Source: a virus. From it: DNA of 64,000 nt. The stretch is taken from the IMG/VR virus record IMGVR_UViG_3300045988_112819. One strand, given 5' to 3'. The notes under the pieces were generated by a model. The model was not told the origin of the DNA and ran no database searches. It was given only the letters and a program-made list of their open reading frames with translations. Both the position numbers and the translations under genes were made by a program. Of the stretch, positions 40,001-53,736 are shown piece after piece (position 1 is the first letter of the stretch; the number at the start of each line of letters is the position of its first letter).

Positions 40001-43000
40001 TAGTATGAAGATTATAATAGTGTTTTAAAAGCTGCTCAAGAAGCTCAAAGAAGAGAACTTTAGGAAACTTTGTAGTCCCAAGAAGAAGCGTTACGTGCGA
40101 ATGAAACTCTCATTCTTGAAACCGCGAGAGAGGGCGTGGGCCACGTATATTTTGGTGGAAATTATGAGGGGTCTTTTACTGGTTTTAATGATTTTTGGAA
40201 TGGCACCGAAGAAGATACTGCATCTAATATTCTTCTCAATAATGTGGACGCTTTATATAGTAGTTGGAATGACAATGTAATTGGTGGAAGAAGAAACTTA
40301 GCTTTTTCTATAGACCCAAATAATACAGAAGAATTAATTAATTTTTATGATCAATTAAATAATGCTATTAATTTGATGAATAATAGCATGACTGTTTCGG
40401 AAAGAGGAGCATCTGGACTTTACAATGCTGCTGTTGAGTGGCGAGATAAAATGGAAGAGGTTGTCACTCAATATAAAGAAACTAAAGAGAGTATAGATGC
40501 TATTCGGGTATAGCTTGGAGAGTTTAATAATTAGACTATTACCGATGATCAAGTATCAAGTTTAGCGTAGTATAAAATTTGGGTTAACGAAGTTACAGAG
40601 GCGCTCACTTCTGCTGGATATGAAGGCGAAGAATTAAACGATATAATCAATGATTTAGTATCTACTTCTCTGAATCCTGATATTAGTGGCTTTAAAGATA
40701 TTTATGACGCAATTTTAGAGGTTGAAGAATTAGTCAATGATGAAGAATTAAAAAGTAATCTTGAATCTATTTTTACAGATGAAAATTATGATACTTCTGT
40801 ATTAAATTTATTAAATTGGGGTGCTTTAACATAGGAGACTTTTTAGGATGCCTATGACAGTGCTAAAAAATATACTGATGCTATTTCCGAAGTTGAAAAC
40901 GCAACAGAATCTTTAACTACTGCACAATCTGTCTTAGAAACTCTTGGAGATGGAGATTTAGATCGAGAAGGATTAGAATCACTTTCTAAAACTGTTGATT
41001 GGGGAAATCAAGAAAAAGGAATTATTGATTTTAATTAGTTCCTTGCTATGACTTTGGTTGAACAATAGAGTTATTTATAGAGGATTATAAATGAGTCCTA
41101 TTAGGCTGTCAATAATGGATTAATAGATTAGATTAGTGAAGCAAAAAAGAGAATAACTGAGCAATAGGATATTTTAAATCAATATAGCGATTCTGAATTA
41201 GAACGTGCAGAAAAAGTTGTTTATGCTTGGGAACAAGTTCGAGAAGCGTATAATGATTATCAAGATAGCTTAAATAGCGGAGAAGAATTTAATCTTGATA
41301 ATTATACGATTGATTGGGATTTGTTAGGTGAAAATTTTGATTGGGAATCTTTTAAAACCGAAACTGCGGATAACGTAGTTAGTGCATTTGAGTATGGGAC
41401 AAAAGAAGCTCAAGATAAAATTGATACTGTAACTTTAGCAGAGTAGCTAATTAGTAGTTTATAGGATGATATAGATTCTAGCACAGCTTAGTTACAAATA
41501 AATGCAGAATTAAATTTTTAGAATCAATTAGATTAGATTGAAAATTCCGTTGATGGAATTGTAAGTGTATTCGATGCTATTTCTGATGGAGTAAGCTAGA
41601 CTACCAATGAAGCTGGAGAACAAGTTTGGAGTTTTAGTAGAGAAGCAGCTAAGGCTATTGAATCTATCTATCCAGGTTTTATAGCTAACGCGGAATTATT
41701 AAGGGATGGTACATTTGCTTTAACAGATGAGATGTATCAAGCATTTTATAATAGTTCTTAGGGGCAATTAGCTGTTGATGCTGATACCAAATCTAATATG
41801 CTTCAAAATCTTATTTCTCTTTTAGAGGCTAAACGAGGAGAGGCTGAAGCTTCGCTTAAGATCGCTGATCAGCTAGCTTCTGGAGAATTAACTATAAACG
41901 AATTATCAGATGAGCAGAAGAGAACTTTATTAGCGGGATATGTAAATGCTTAGAATCTTGCTAATGGAGAAATGTTAGATGATTAGGTCAATAGTTTAAC
42001 CGCACAAGATACAAATTAGTAGACTTTATGGACTAATGTTAGTGAGTATTCTGCTTAGGGCGCGCAGAACATGAGTACTAATGTATAGTTAAATACTCAA
42101 AATGTTCTTGCTAATCTTGAAAAAATTAGAGATGCGGCATATGCTACTGGAATTCAAGTATCTCAAATAGGAACTGATAATGTTACTAAGCAAGATTTTG
42201 ATACTTCTGCTGTTTCTTTTGATAGTTCGGCTGCAACAACAATAGATACGAGTAACGCTGATGATTTCTTAAATTCTTTAACTGCAAATTTAGATGTAGA
42301 ACCTGTAACCGCAGACGATTTAAATATTTATGGTGATGCTAGTGAGGCACTTGAAGCTAAGCAATCTTAGGCAGTTGGAGAAGCGCTAAGGGCCATTTAT
42401 TAGGGGAGTATTGATGGGTATAATGAGGCTATAGCAGCAGCAAAAATAGCCTAGAGCAAATTATTAGATTCTATTGATGGAGCTATAGAAGGAGTAAAGG
42501 GAAGTTCAAGTGGCGGAGATAATGAAGGCACTAAGTATGACGAAGAAGATGAAAAGACTCTAAAGGATATTGAAGATAGATACCATGAAATAACTCGCGA
42601 AATTGAGAATTAGAACGATTTATTAGATGATATTGGAAATAATATAGATAGAGCCTATGGAGCCAATAAACTTCAAGCATACTAGAGAGAACTTCAAGAA
42701 TTGGAGAAATAGCAAGCTAATTATAACAAACTACTTAATGAAGCTGAAACTTATCTTACAAAAGACTAGGCAGATCTTCAAGGGTTGTTTAATAATTCTC
42801 TTATTTTTGATGAAAATGGAGAAATTGAAGATTATCAAAGTGTTCTTCAATCTATAATAGATGATTATAATAATAATTTCTTGGCAGATTATAATGCTTT
42901 TTTAGTTACCTTTAGTAATCTTACTAAAGATGAATAGGAAGCTAGATAGGCAGAATATGATAGTTGGCAGTTACAAAAGGAAGCTGCTGATGAATTATTC

Positions 43001-45748
43001 CAAGCTCGTTAGGATGCTCTCGCCCAATATGAAGAAACTCTTGACAAAATTCAAGAAGTAAAGGATGAATAGGAAGAATTAGAAAGAAATATTGCAGATA
43101 ATAGATTGAACTAGATTGAATATAAACTTGAAGTTGTAATAGAAATAAAAGATGCTAAAGATGCTGTTCGTGAATTAACTAAAAAGATCGCAGAATCATT
43201 TGGTGACGAATTAACTCATGGTATTGAAGTCGCTCATATTGATGAAAATAGTGTGAACGAAAATATAAAAATAATCAAGGATTATGAAGAAACACTTAAA
43301 AGTTATCAAGAAGAATTGGCTAACGCAACGGATGCGACTGATATTGATGGAATTATAAGTAAAATATCTGATTTATAGGGTAAAATAATTTCTACCGCAG
43401 AAGCTCTACTTGATTGGGTAGAGGGTCTTGAAGAAATGTTGCCAAATGCATTAGACGCTGCATCTGAAAGATTCGCTGAATTTACTGATCAACTTGATCA
43501 TAATGAATCAGTTCTTGGACTTATAAAAGAATTGTATACACTTTAGGGGGTTACATATAAAACCGAAGAAGGATTTGAATAGCTCCAAAAAGTAAGCGAA
43601 GAAACAATGAAAGCTCAAATAGCAAATGCGCAGTTAAATAAATAGTGGTACGACGGCATTAAATAGGAACTTTTAGAAGCCTAGAGTGCGTTAGATGCAT
43701 TAGATGGTGATGAAACAGATCCAGCATATGATGGTTTAAAAGCTAATCGAGATGCATTATTAGAAGAATATAATGAAGCTCAATAGGCGATGTTAAGTTC
43801 CGCGCAAGCCGCTATGGAAACTGCACAAGAGATGTATACTTAGGCTATTGAAAGAGCCGTATACGAATTTGGATAGGCGGTTTCTGGCGGAGTTGGCTTA
43901 GATTTGCTACAAGACAAGTTCGATCATTACATTGAGCAAGAAGATAGATATTTAGATAAAGTAAATGAAGCATATGAAGTATCTTCTTGGTATAATAAAC
44001 TTCAATAGGATATTGATAAAGCCACTAATTCTAAAATGAAAGATTAGTTGAAATAGTTACAAGAAGAAATTGATATTCGTAGAGAGAATAATACTTTATC
44101 TGAATATGATCTAGAAATTCTTGAAGCTAAGTATAATGTTCTTTAGGCTCAGATGGCTCTTGAAGATGCTCAAAATGCAAAGAATCAACTTAGATTAGTA
44201 AGAGATAGTCAAGGCAACTGGAATTATCAATATACCGCAGATGCGAGTTAGATAGCAGATGCGGAATAGAATTTACTTGATGCAGAGAATGAATGGTATA
44301 ACATAGCTAAACAATAGGTTGAAGACGTTACTGGAGAAATTATTTCTACTTGGCAAGAATGTCAGGATAAAATAAAAGAGATTTATTCTGATATGACCTT
44401 GACTGATGAGGAAAGATCTGCCCGCGCGCAAGAAATCTATTCTTATTATACGCAGAAGGTTAAGGATCTAGAGAACGAAAAACAGATCGCTATTTAGGAT
44501 ATGACCGAAGCCGGTAATAAAGCCTTAATTGATATGGCTATTGTTGCGGGAGACGAGGTAAGTGATCTAACTGGAATTACAAGTCAAGAAATTTAGGATA
44601 TTATAGCTAATTCTGGCTCTAGTATTATTGATTTGTTATTATCTGATAATGAATAGATTCAAGATATAGTTGGAAGTAATACAAAACTTATTGATTTATT
44701 TGATAATGTTTTCGCAAAAGATCTTGCTAATATGACTTCTAATGCTGGAAATTTTGAAGATTTTCTATCTAAGGCCATGAACGAAGCAAGCGGAGCGATG
44801 GAAGATTATCAAACTACTGTCTCTGGAGTTGCAGATTAGACTGGAACAAGTCTTGATGATTTAGAAGGTTATCTTGATGATGTTACAACTTCTACAGAGT
44901 TATGTTCTGATGCGGGATCAGAAGCTGTCACTTAGATGTTAGAATAGATAAGCACTATTCAAGATTTAAGTCAAGAATATTTAGATATGGCTGAATCAGT
45001 TAGAGAATATATAAGGGCTCTTGAGGAGGCTGCTAGAGCAGCTGGAAATACAATAGAAAGCGCTGGAGGAATAGATAAAGATGATTTACCTCCCGCTAAT
45101 TCAGATCAATCTTCTGATAATAACTCTAGCAATAGTAATAGCGGATCTTCCAGTGGAGGAACTGGAAGTGGCAATGGAATCCCAGAAGTAGGAGACGAAG
45201 TCATTTATACTGGTGGAACTTATTATCATGATTCTTATGGCACAGATCCAGCAGGTAGACGTGGGCCCGGCAAGAAAGTTAAAATAACTAATATAGCCAA
45301 AGGCAGACCATATCCGATTCATGTATAGTCTAATAATTCTGCATATGGCTGGTTAAAAGAAAGTCAAATAAGCGGATTTGATACAGGGGGTTATACTGGA
45401 GAATTTGATAATGCTAAATTAGCTTTCTTACACGAAAAAGAGTTAGTTTTAAATCAAGAAGATACGAAAAATATTCTCGCGGCGGTTTCTGCTATAAGAG
45501 CTTTTGAACCTAGTTTTATAGCTTCTATAGAGAAAGCGCTTGATGGAAATGCACTATCTATTTCTAATCTTATGGCATCAAGATTAGGATCTAATACTTA
45601 GATTACTCCAGCAGATAACACAGTTGAACCGTATATAAATATTGAGCGAGTTGAGTTCCCAAATGCGACATCTTCTGATGAAATTCAAGATGCTATTCGT
45701 AGTTTAGCTGATGATGCTACTCAATGGGCAAATAGAAGAAAGGGATAA
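37022..45748 (+). CDS. tail tape measure protein, about 2908 aa, GTG start, dozens of in-frame TAG
   Basis: AAAGGAGG RBS; canonical tape-measure segment RLGADTASSSDEISEGIQQFASVADTVGLSYEYAASALA and hydrophobic MASGILTAAIMVAIIAITAI; one frame links ORF-track 37808, 38396, 40136 and 44987; not every codon was checked. Confidence 0.6.
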
Positions 45749-45799
45749 TAGGGGAGATTTCCTCCCCTATTATCCCTATGAGAAAAAGGAGGATAAATA

Positions 45800-48700
45800 A
45801 TGAATACTGCTTCTGAATCTATCTTTTAGACGATAGATATTCTAGTTGATAAAGCACTATCAAAATTAACTTATGATAAGACTATTTCAGCAGAGATTAG
45901 TAGTATTGTTAATCTTGATAGCGGAGAGTATAAAGTTAAATATTCTGGAAATATAGTTTCTGCTTTTGCGGATGATGTAAAAAAGCAGTATAAAGTAGGG
46001 GATACTGTATATGTTACTATTCCCCAGGATGATTTATCTGCAAGAAAAAGAATTGTTTGTAAGACAAATGAACAATCATTATCATATGGAGAGATGCTGT
46101 CGCTTTCTAATTCAATAATAGAAAAAAGCCCAACATTTGATACAATGTATGATTATGACAAAGATGCGGAAAGGGGCGTCGTAGCAGGCGCACCAGCAGA
46201 TAGTGATTTAAGTTAGTAGATTATTTATAGTGGTAATGAAGAAGGATATCATGGACTATTCCAATAGTATGCAAATAACAATGAGCTTATTAGAATAAAA
46301 GCCTCTTTCTTAACTACTTTCCATTGTGAACATACCAAAGGAAATTATGGTTTAGATATATAGTTTTTTACAAAGAGCGGAGATATAGTTTCTTATAAGC
46401 TTGATTTAAGTTCTTTTAATGGAGATCCCTATCGCTTTTAGGTCTACAGCCCGCAATCTGTGGTTATTAAGGCTCAAAAAAATTATTTAACTGGACTTAA
46501 ATAGATTAAGTTATTTGAAGAAAATTTTGTCTATGATCGTTATGTGGAATCTGGTGTAGTTACAGATAAAGAGAATAGAACTGTACCTAACATTTTTGTA
46601 AAGGATATAGAGATTTAGTTTGTTGAATAGAAAGATTTAACAGATAATTTATATTATTTAGATATTTCGACCCCGCAAGGAAATTCATTTACCAACGAGA
46701 TCTCTTCTCTTGATTTAGTTGGTCGATTAATTTATTAGGGCGATAATATAATAGATGAACAAACTTGTAAATGTAAGTGGTTTGAGCGAGATGTAAGTGT
46801 TTTGTTAGGTAGCGATTCTTACGATAAAAATGGTGGTGTAGGATGGGCTCCCGTCACAGCGTCCGAGAGCAATACGATGACACTTAAGGCTGAGCAAGTG
46901 AAACATTAGAAGTAGTATAAATTAGTGGTTATATATAATGATAGCGTAACATTGAGTGCGGAAGTAATGATATATAATTTAACAAGTAACTATGATTTTC
47001 AGCTTAAACAAACAACAGTAGGAGAAGATATTATCATTCAAATTTAGAACAATGCGGATAACACCGTTCTTATTGGAGATTGGTATATGCTTTATCCAGA
47101 TGGAAGCTATACAGCAGTTGGATTATAGCAAAATTCCATCACAGTTACTAATTTGTTATTGTACTCTTCTGTCACTTTTATTTGTGGAGTTTATAATAAA
47201 GAACATACCGAGATTATCTCTGTATTAGAACATCTTGTCACAAATAGCTCTTCTGAAGAAGATGTAACAATTACCTATAATGGAGAAGATACATTCAGAT
47301 ATGATGCAAATGGAGATATAGCTATTGAAGACGCTGAAAAAGAACGTACTCTTCAAGTTGTTTTAACTTGGAAAGATGGTGTAGGAACTTCTTATAAAGT
47401 AGAATGGATTGGTCCAGATGGAAAAGATATTACTAATTCAAGATATAATCCTAGCGAGTCTATGATTGAAAACCTCTGGGTTGACAATAGTAATATTTTA
47501 CATTATACTATTAAGTAGAAGTATAAAGTTAATTTTAACAATAATACTATCTTAGTTCGTATAATCACTATGGATGAGCAAGAATATTCTTTCCGAAAAG
47601 AAATTCTGTTCTTAAAAGATGGTGATTAGGGTACAAATGGTACTACATACGTAAGTGCTATTAGACCATTTGATCCTGACACTGGATTGAAACTATCTGG
47701 ATTAACTCCATTAGTTTATAGAGATGAATCTTGGGTAAATGAATTACCTATAAGATGCTATGTATATAAAGATGGAGAATTAATCAATAATAATGGTAAT
47801 TACACCCTATCTTATAAATGGACTGGTGTTAATATTGAATTGCGGGAAGGCGAGAATGATGACCGCAAAATAGCAAGTGGTACAACATAGTTGATCTCAA
47901 ATCCCGCAGGCGGATATGTAAAAGTTTAGGTAACTATTAATGACAATAAGAATAATAGAGCCTATGAAATTTACTGTAATTACCCTATTGATGTTGCTGT
48001 TAATTTTAGTGATGATGAATTAAATAATATTGATATTAGTTCTATTCCTTCTTATATTAAATATACTGCGTCTGGTGTTAATCCATCCTTTTATAGCAAT
48101 AACATTGAATTTATTGTTAATAATTAGGATTATAGTCGTAATATTTCTTCTCTTGTAAAAGAAATTTTAACAGTTGAAGAAAAAGATAATCTTTATTATC
48201 TTGAACCTGCATCTAGTTTTATTTTTGAAGATAATAATATTGCTTTATTAAAATGTGAATACGAAGGAAAATATATCTACCATCCCGTTATTTTATATCT
48301 TGATACATATGGCAATGAGCTAATAAATGGATGGGATGGCACATAGCTACAAATTGATGAAGAAAATGGTTAGTATATCTTAGCTCCATAGATTGGAGCA
48401 GGAGAGAAAGATAGTTTTAATCGTTTTACTGGTGTAGTTATGGGAAAAGATAGCGTTCAAGATAAAATAGGTTTATATGGTTATAAAGCTGGAGTTAATA
48501 CTTTTGGTTTAATGGAAAATGGAACAGCGTTTTTTGGAGCTAAAAGTGGTGGAGGATAGATCATTATTGATGGAACTTCAGCGAAGATTTATGGTGGAGG
48601 GAATTCTTCAGAAGAAGGTGGGGATGCCTCTAATGGAATGACTATTACTCTTGCTGATCTTAAAGCAGATGGATCTACCGAAGCTATAAAGATTGGCGGA

Positions 48701-49714
48701 GGAGCTTTTACAGTAAAATATAATGGAACTGTAAAAGCAACCAATGCAGAAGTTTCAGGGACTATTTACGCCTCTTCTGGTAAAATTGGAGGAACGAAAA
48801 CAGGATCTAATGGTTGGACTATTGAAACCAATAGACTATATAGCGGCTCTGGCTCAACGAGAGTTGAATTAAATAGCCAATCTCCAACCAATACTTCTAC
48901 TCCTACTAATAATAATGATTTTGCTATTTGGGCAGGAAGTGCTACAGCATCAAGTGCTAAATTTTCTGTTTCTAAAGGCGGATTAATTACTGCTAAATAG
49001 GGAAATATTGGAGGTTGGATTCTTTCTTCTAATAAGTTAACTAGTGATAATTATAGAACTGGAATAGCGAGCTCAGGCACTTATCGTTTTTGGGCAGGAG
49101 CTAGTTCTAGTAGTACAGCAGATAGACCAGTCTTCTCTGGATCCTCTTACTTTTATGTTACTAGCTCTGGAGAAATGTAGTGTAAAAATGCAACAATTAA
49201 TGGTTCAATTTACGCAGATGATGGTGAGATTGGTGGCTGGACTATCAGTTCTAATAGAATTTCTGGAGGAAGAACTACACTATATTCAAATGGTAGAATT
49301 GTGTGTGATGATTTTGAATCAGATAATGTAGATATTAGTGGAGATATTAATGCAACTACTTTGACTTGCAATAACGGTGAGATTGGTGGCTGGACTATCA
49401 CTGAAAGTGATATTAGAAATGGTGTAACAAGATTATCTGATGAAGGTCTTGAAACTAATTAGGTACAGATTTATATGGGAAGGAATTGGAACACTTATCT
49501 TGGATATTTGGGGTATGTTCCAGGTGAGGATGATGATGGAGTAACTGATAATATTGGTATTGCAACTATTGGAAGAGGGTAGAGTATTATTCTTAAATCT
49601 GCCAGAAATATTGCTTTAAATACTGAAGGAGCAGGTATTTGGGTTAATGCAAATCAATTCCATATGAATGTGCCAAAATCTGGATAGGATGGTATTTATG
49701 CCCAATTTGCGTAA
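45800..49714 (+). CDS. large tail protein (about 1304 aa) with repeated GxIGGW(T/I)I motifs; may be more than one gene
   Basis: AAAGGAGG RBS; single frame through 47153, 47687 and 48638; near-identical 30-bp repeats at 49216 and 49376. Confidence 0.45.
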
Positions 49715-49728
49715 GGAGTTGATAGTAT

Positions 49729-50469
49729 ATGGGTTCTGTAACTTTACATTCTCCTTCTTACTCTAGTGTTGGATAGAGATATGCTTCAATAAGTTGTACT
49801 GCGGTAGGATGGGTATATCCAAGTGATTCTGGAACGACTACTACGGGAGATAGTAAAAACGGTTCTAGAACTACTATTTCTTATAGCAATACAGTATGGA
49901 GTTGGAGCTTTAGTGATGGAGGCAGCTCTAGTTCAAAAGAACCAACTCATAATTTTACTGGTTTAACCGCGGGAAGGGCAAACACAGTTAGAGGCACATT
50001 AAGTGCTAGATGTACGAAAACCACTACTGTAACTCGATGGTCTACTCATAGAGAAGAAGTAGGAAAAGATGAAAATGGGAATCCAATATATGAAGATGTA
50101 ACAACAACTACTGGGCCAACTACGTCTAGGACAACAGTTAGTTTAGGATCTGCATCTGATAGTGTAACTGTATATACGCAACCAACTAGCTTTTCTTTTG
50201 GATGCAGTCCTGGAGATTATATAGCAGATTATGCTACAGCCAGCAAATGGAATTAGTTAGCTGACTAGGTTGGTAAATATAAAAGTTGGAGAAACTAGTC
50301 AAATCAGTATTCTTCATACAATAATTTAAAAGTTTCTCGTGGTGATTGGATAACTGCGAGTGTTTATAATTCTATGGCATCTGCTTGCGGGACTTCAAGA
50401 GTTACCGCAGATAAAACTTTGATTAGTGCAGCTTTATTTGAAGCTTTAGCAGATGCGGTTTCGCCATAA
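49729..50469 (+). CDS. Ser/Thr-rich tail protein (246 aa), 4 TAG
   Basis: AAGGAG RBS. Confidence 0.5.
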
Positions 50470-50489
50470 GAGAAAAAGGAGTCTTAATT

Positions 50490-50861
50490 ATGAAAATGTT
50501 AAACAAGGATATTTTGGAAGCAGTTGAGAATTTAAATTCTACAATACAAGATTGCTCACTTCTTCCCGCGAGCGTATCATATGCAGTAATAAGAAATTTT
50601 AAAATTCTTTCTCCTATTGCTGAGGATATTTATAACGAACGAAAAAAGATTATTGAAAGATATGGAGAAAAAGTTGATGATATAACCTATTAGATTTCAG
50701 AGGAGAAAAGGGAAGCGGCTAATCAAGAATTAAATGCTTTATTGGCGGTTAATACTAGTGTTCCATTAGCGACTTTTTCTATTGATATTTTATAGGGGTA
50801 TGATATTCCTTTAAAAGTTATGAATACTCTATATTTTATGGTGGAGGCTGACGAGGAGTAA
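50490..50861 (+). CDS. hypothetical protein (123 aa), 2 TAG
   Basis: ORF-track start; hairpin over the stop codon. Confidence 0.5.
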
Positions 50862-50946
50862 AACTCGTCAGCCTCTTGGCCAATTATATTTATAAAAAAT
50901 ATAAGATTTTTTAAATATTTTAGATGAGAAAAAGGAGGCGTTAATT

Positions 50947-53736
50947 GTGCCAATTAGTATTTATCCGCCTACTTTGTAGAGTACATAGCCAGCATTTCTT
51001 TCTAGCGTGAACGTATATCAGATAAATTTTACGCTATAGTCAATTACGTCTTTTAATGATATAGGTCATGTACAAGTGCGGTTAGTTCGTTAGTCTAATA
51101 ATAAAAGTATTGTAAATACAGACCAATATCCAGATGGAACTATTTATAAAGCTCCTTCTGCGATAGGGTCTTTAGGAAATCAATATTTTGTATCAATTAA
51201 TAGAAGCGAATTAGCCGAATCTTGGTAGCCAGGCTATTTATACAAAGTACAAATGCGTTTTGGTATAAATCCAATGTATACTTCATTATCAGAATTTGCC
51301 ACTTGGAAACAATAGCAGATAGACGCGGGAGCCTTTTCTGAATGGTCTACTGTAATGATAATCAAGGCTATAGATACACCAATTATTAAAATAGAAAACG
51401 ATGAAGCTAAACGAGAAGATGTTATATCTACTGAAAGAATAGAGGCAACTCTTACTCCTTTGTTTATAGGAAGCTTTAATATTAGCTCTGCTAGTAATGA
51501 ATTATTGGATAGATATAAATTTGATTTGTATGAAGGAGCCTCTAAAGATCCCAATTATTTACTTGAAACATCTGGATGGTTATAGCACAATGGTTCTATT
51601 AATAATACCGATACTTATAGATTTAAAACCGTGTTAACCAATAATAAAAGCTATACAGTAGTCTACTCTATTATTACTATCAATGAATATGAAGGAGAAT
51701 CAGAGCCTTATAATTTTTCAGTTAATAGGACCTATTTGGGAGATTTAGAGGGAGTATCTATTAGAGTTGAGGATAATGATGTATATTGTCGAGAAAATGG
51801 TTGTATAAAAATATTTTGTACTGCTAAAAATGGACTTAGTGGTAGTTATGTAATAACAAGAAGTTCTGAAAAAAGTAATTATTAGATATGGGAAGATTTA
51901 AAATATCTTAAATTTTCTAATCAAGTATTAAATGATTCAGTTATTCATGTTGATTTTACTATTGAAAGTGGTATAAGATATAAATATGCCATACAATAGG
52001 AAAATTCAGCAGGGTTGCGGACTTCTTAGGTATATGATACAAGTAACCAAGGTAGAAGTGTTGATTTCCAATATAGCTATATTTATAGGGATAATATATA
52101 GTTAAAGTTATCTCTTAATTAGACATTATCCAGCTTTAAACATACTACTTTAAGAAGTAAACAAGATACCTTAGGAAGTAAATATCCTCATTTGGTTTAG
52201 AATGGTAAGGCTTATTATGCAGAGTTTCCAATTTCTGGATTAATAAGTTTTTAGATGGATGAAGATTAGACATTTTTCTCTTTAAAAGATGATGGACTTT
52301 ATTACAATAATGAATTAGTAATTCCCAAAGACAAATTTATTAAAAACAATGTAACCAGAGGAAAATGTCAAGAGAAGTAGGAAACTTATTCTGAAGTTTC
52401 TACAGATGAAAATAAATTATCTATCTCAACTAGTTTAACAAATGATAATATTTTTATTGAAAGAATATTTAGAGAAAAAGTGGAAGAATTTTTAAATGAT
52501 TTTAATTATAAGCTCTTTAAATCTTCTACCGAAGGAAATATAATTATAGGCTTGCTGAATGTATCTTTGACTCCGAATAATACGGTCGGCCGCATGATTT
52601 ACTCTTTTTCTGCTACTGCGTATGAAGTTTTAGAGAATACCATAGAAAATTTAAATGAAGTTAATATAATAAATATTGGTAAATTTGAAAGTTTGGCTAG
52701 CGAAGATAGAATAAATTCTTTCGGATAGTTAAGTGGAATTTATGGTAGAAATATAGATTTATATGCAAAGATAAGAGAGCAGGAAGAAGTTAGTATAGGC
52801 GGAGGATATAAACTTAATTTAATTCAAGTTACAGATATTTAGATTGAGCAATATCCAAAAATAGATTTGACTGCACGATTACTAGAATTAGAAGCTCTTA
52901 AATCTGAAGCCGCGGGAGATGACGAGGATACTTCTGAATATGATAGACAGATTTAGGAATGTAAAGATTTGATTCTCGCTCTTGATGGTCCTGAATCCGC
53001 AACTATCGAAATTAATGTTAATGGTTCAAGAATTTTAGTTGCTCCAAATAGAGTTTATCATTTAAATGAAAATGTAAATTCTTTATCTTTGTCCGCGTCT
53101 AGCGTTCCTATTATTGTAAATTATGTTTGCTAGTTGAATTAGGTTGAGGACGTTTCTGTTGGAGTCGTTTCTGCTATTGATGCTTCTCGCATTTGGGGAT
53201 AGATTTCTGGAATTTTTACTGGTACAGATGGAGTTTTAAAATTCTATAATTACGATTATAGAAACAGTGAAACTTATCGTATATTTAGTAATGTTCCACC
53301 AAATATGGAAAAGTTTTTAGTTAAGGATAAATAGGGAGATACTATTGTTGATAATACAACCTTTAATCTATATAAAACCATTAATATTTACGAGATAATA
53401 AAAGAAGAGACATAGAAACAAGTTGAGCTTATATACAATACTCATTTTGAATTAAATGATGATGGATAGTTGACAGATGGCGAGATTTATTATACTTTTA
53501 GTGATATTGTTTTACTTGACATTGAGGCAGATGAAGGAACTACCCTTTTAATTAGTTCTAGTCCAGATGGAAGTAATCCGTCTATTATAAAGATTGGCTC
53601 AACTGGAAGGTATACTCTTAATCCATTAGATAATATGGTTAAATATATAGCTTTAGAAAGTGCTTAGTTTTGTGTAATAAATTATAAATGTTTAACAAAT
53701 CAAATGCGCATGAAGGTGGAATAGTATTATGTTTGA
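50947..53736 (+). CDS. baseplate / tail structural protein (about 929 aa), GTG start, many TAG
   Basis: AAAGGAGG RBS; frame joins 51355, 51631, 52480 and 53470; TGA stop overlaps the next start. Confidence 0.5.
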
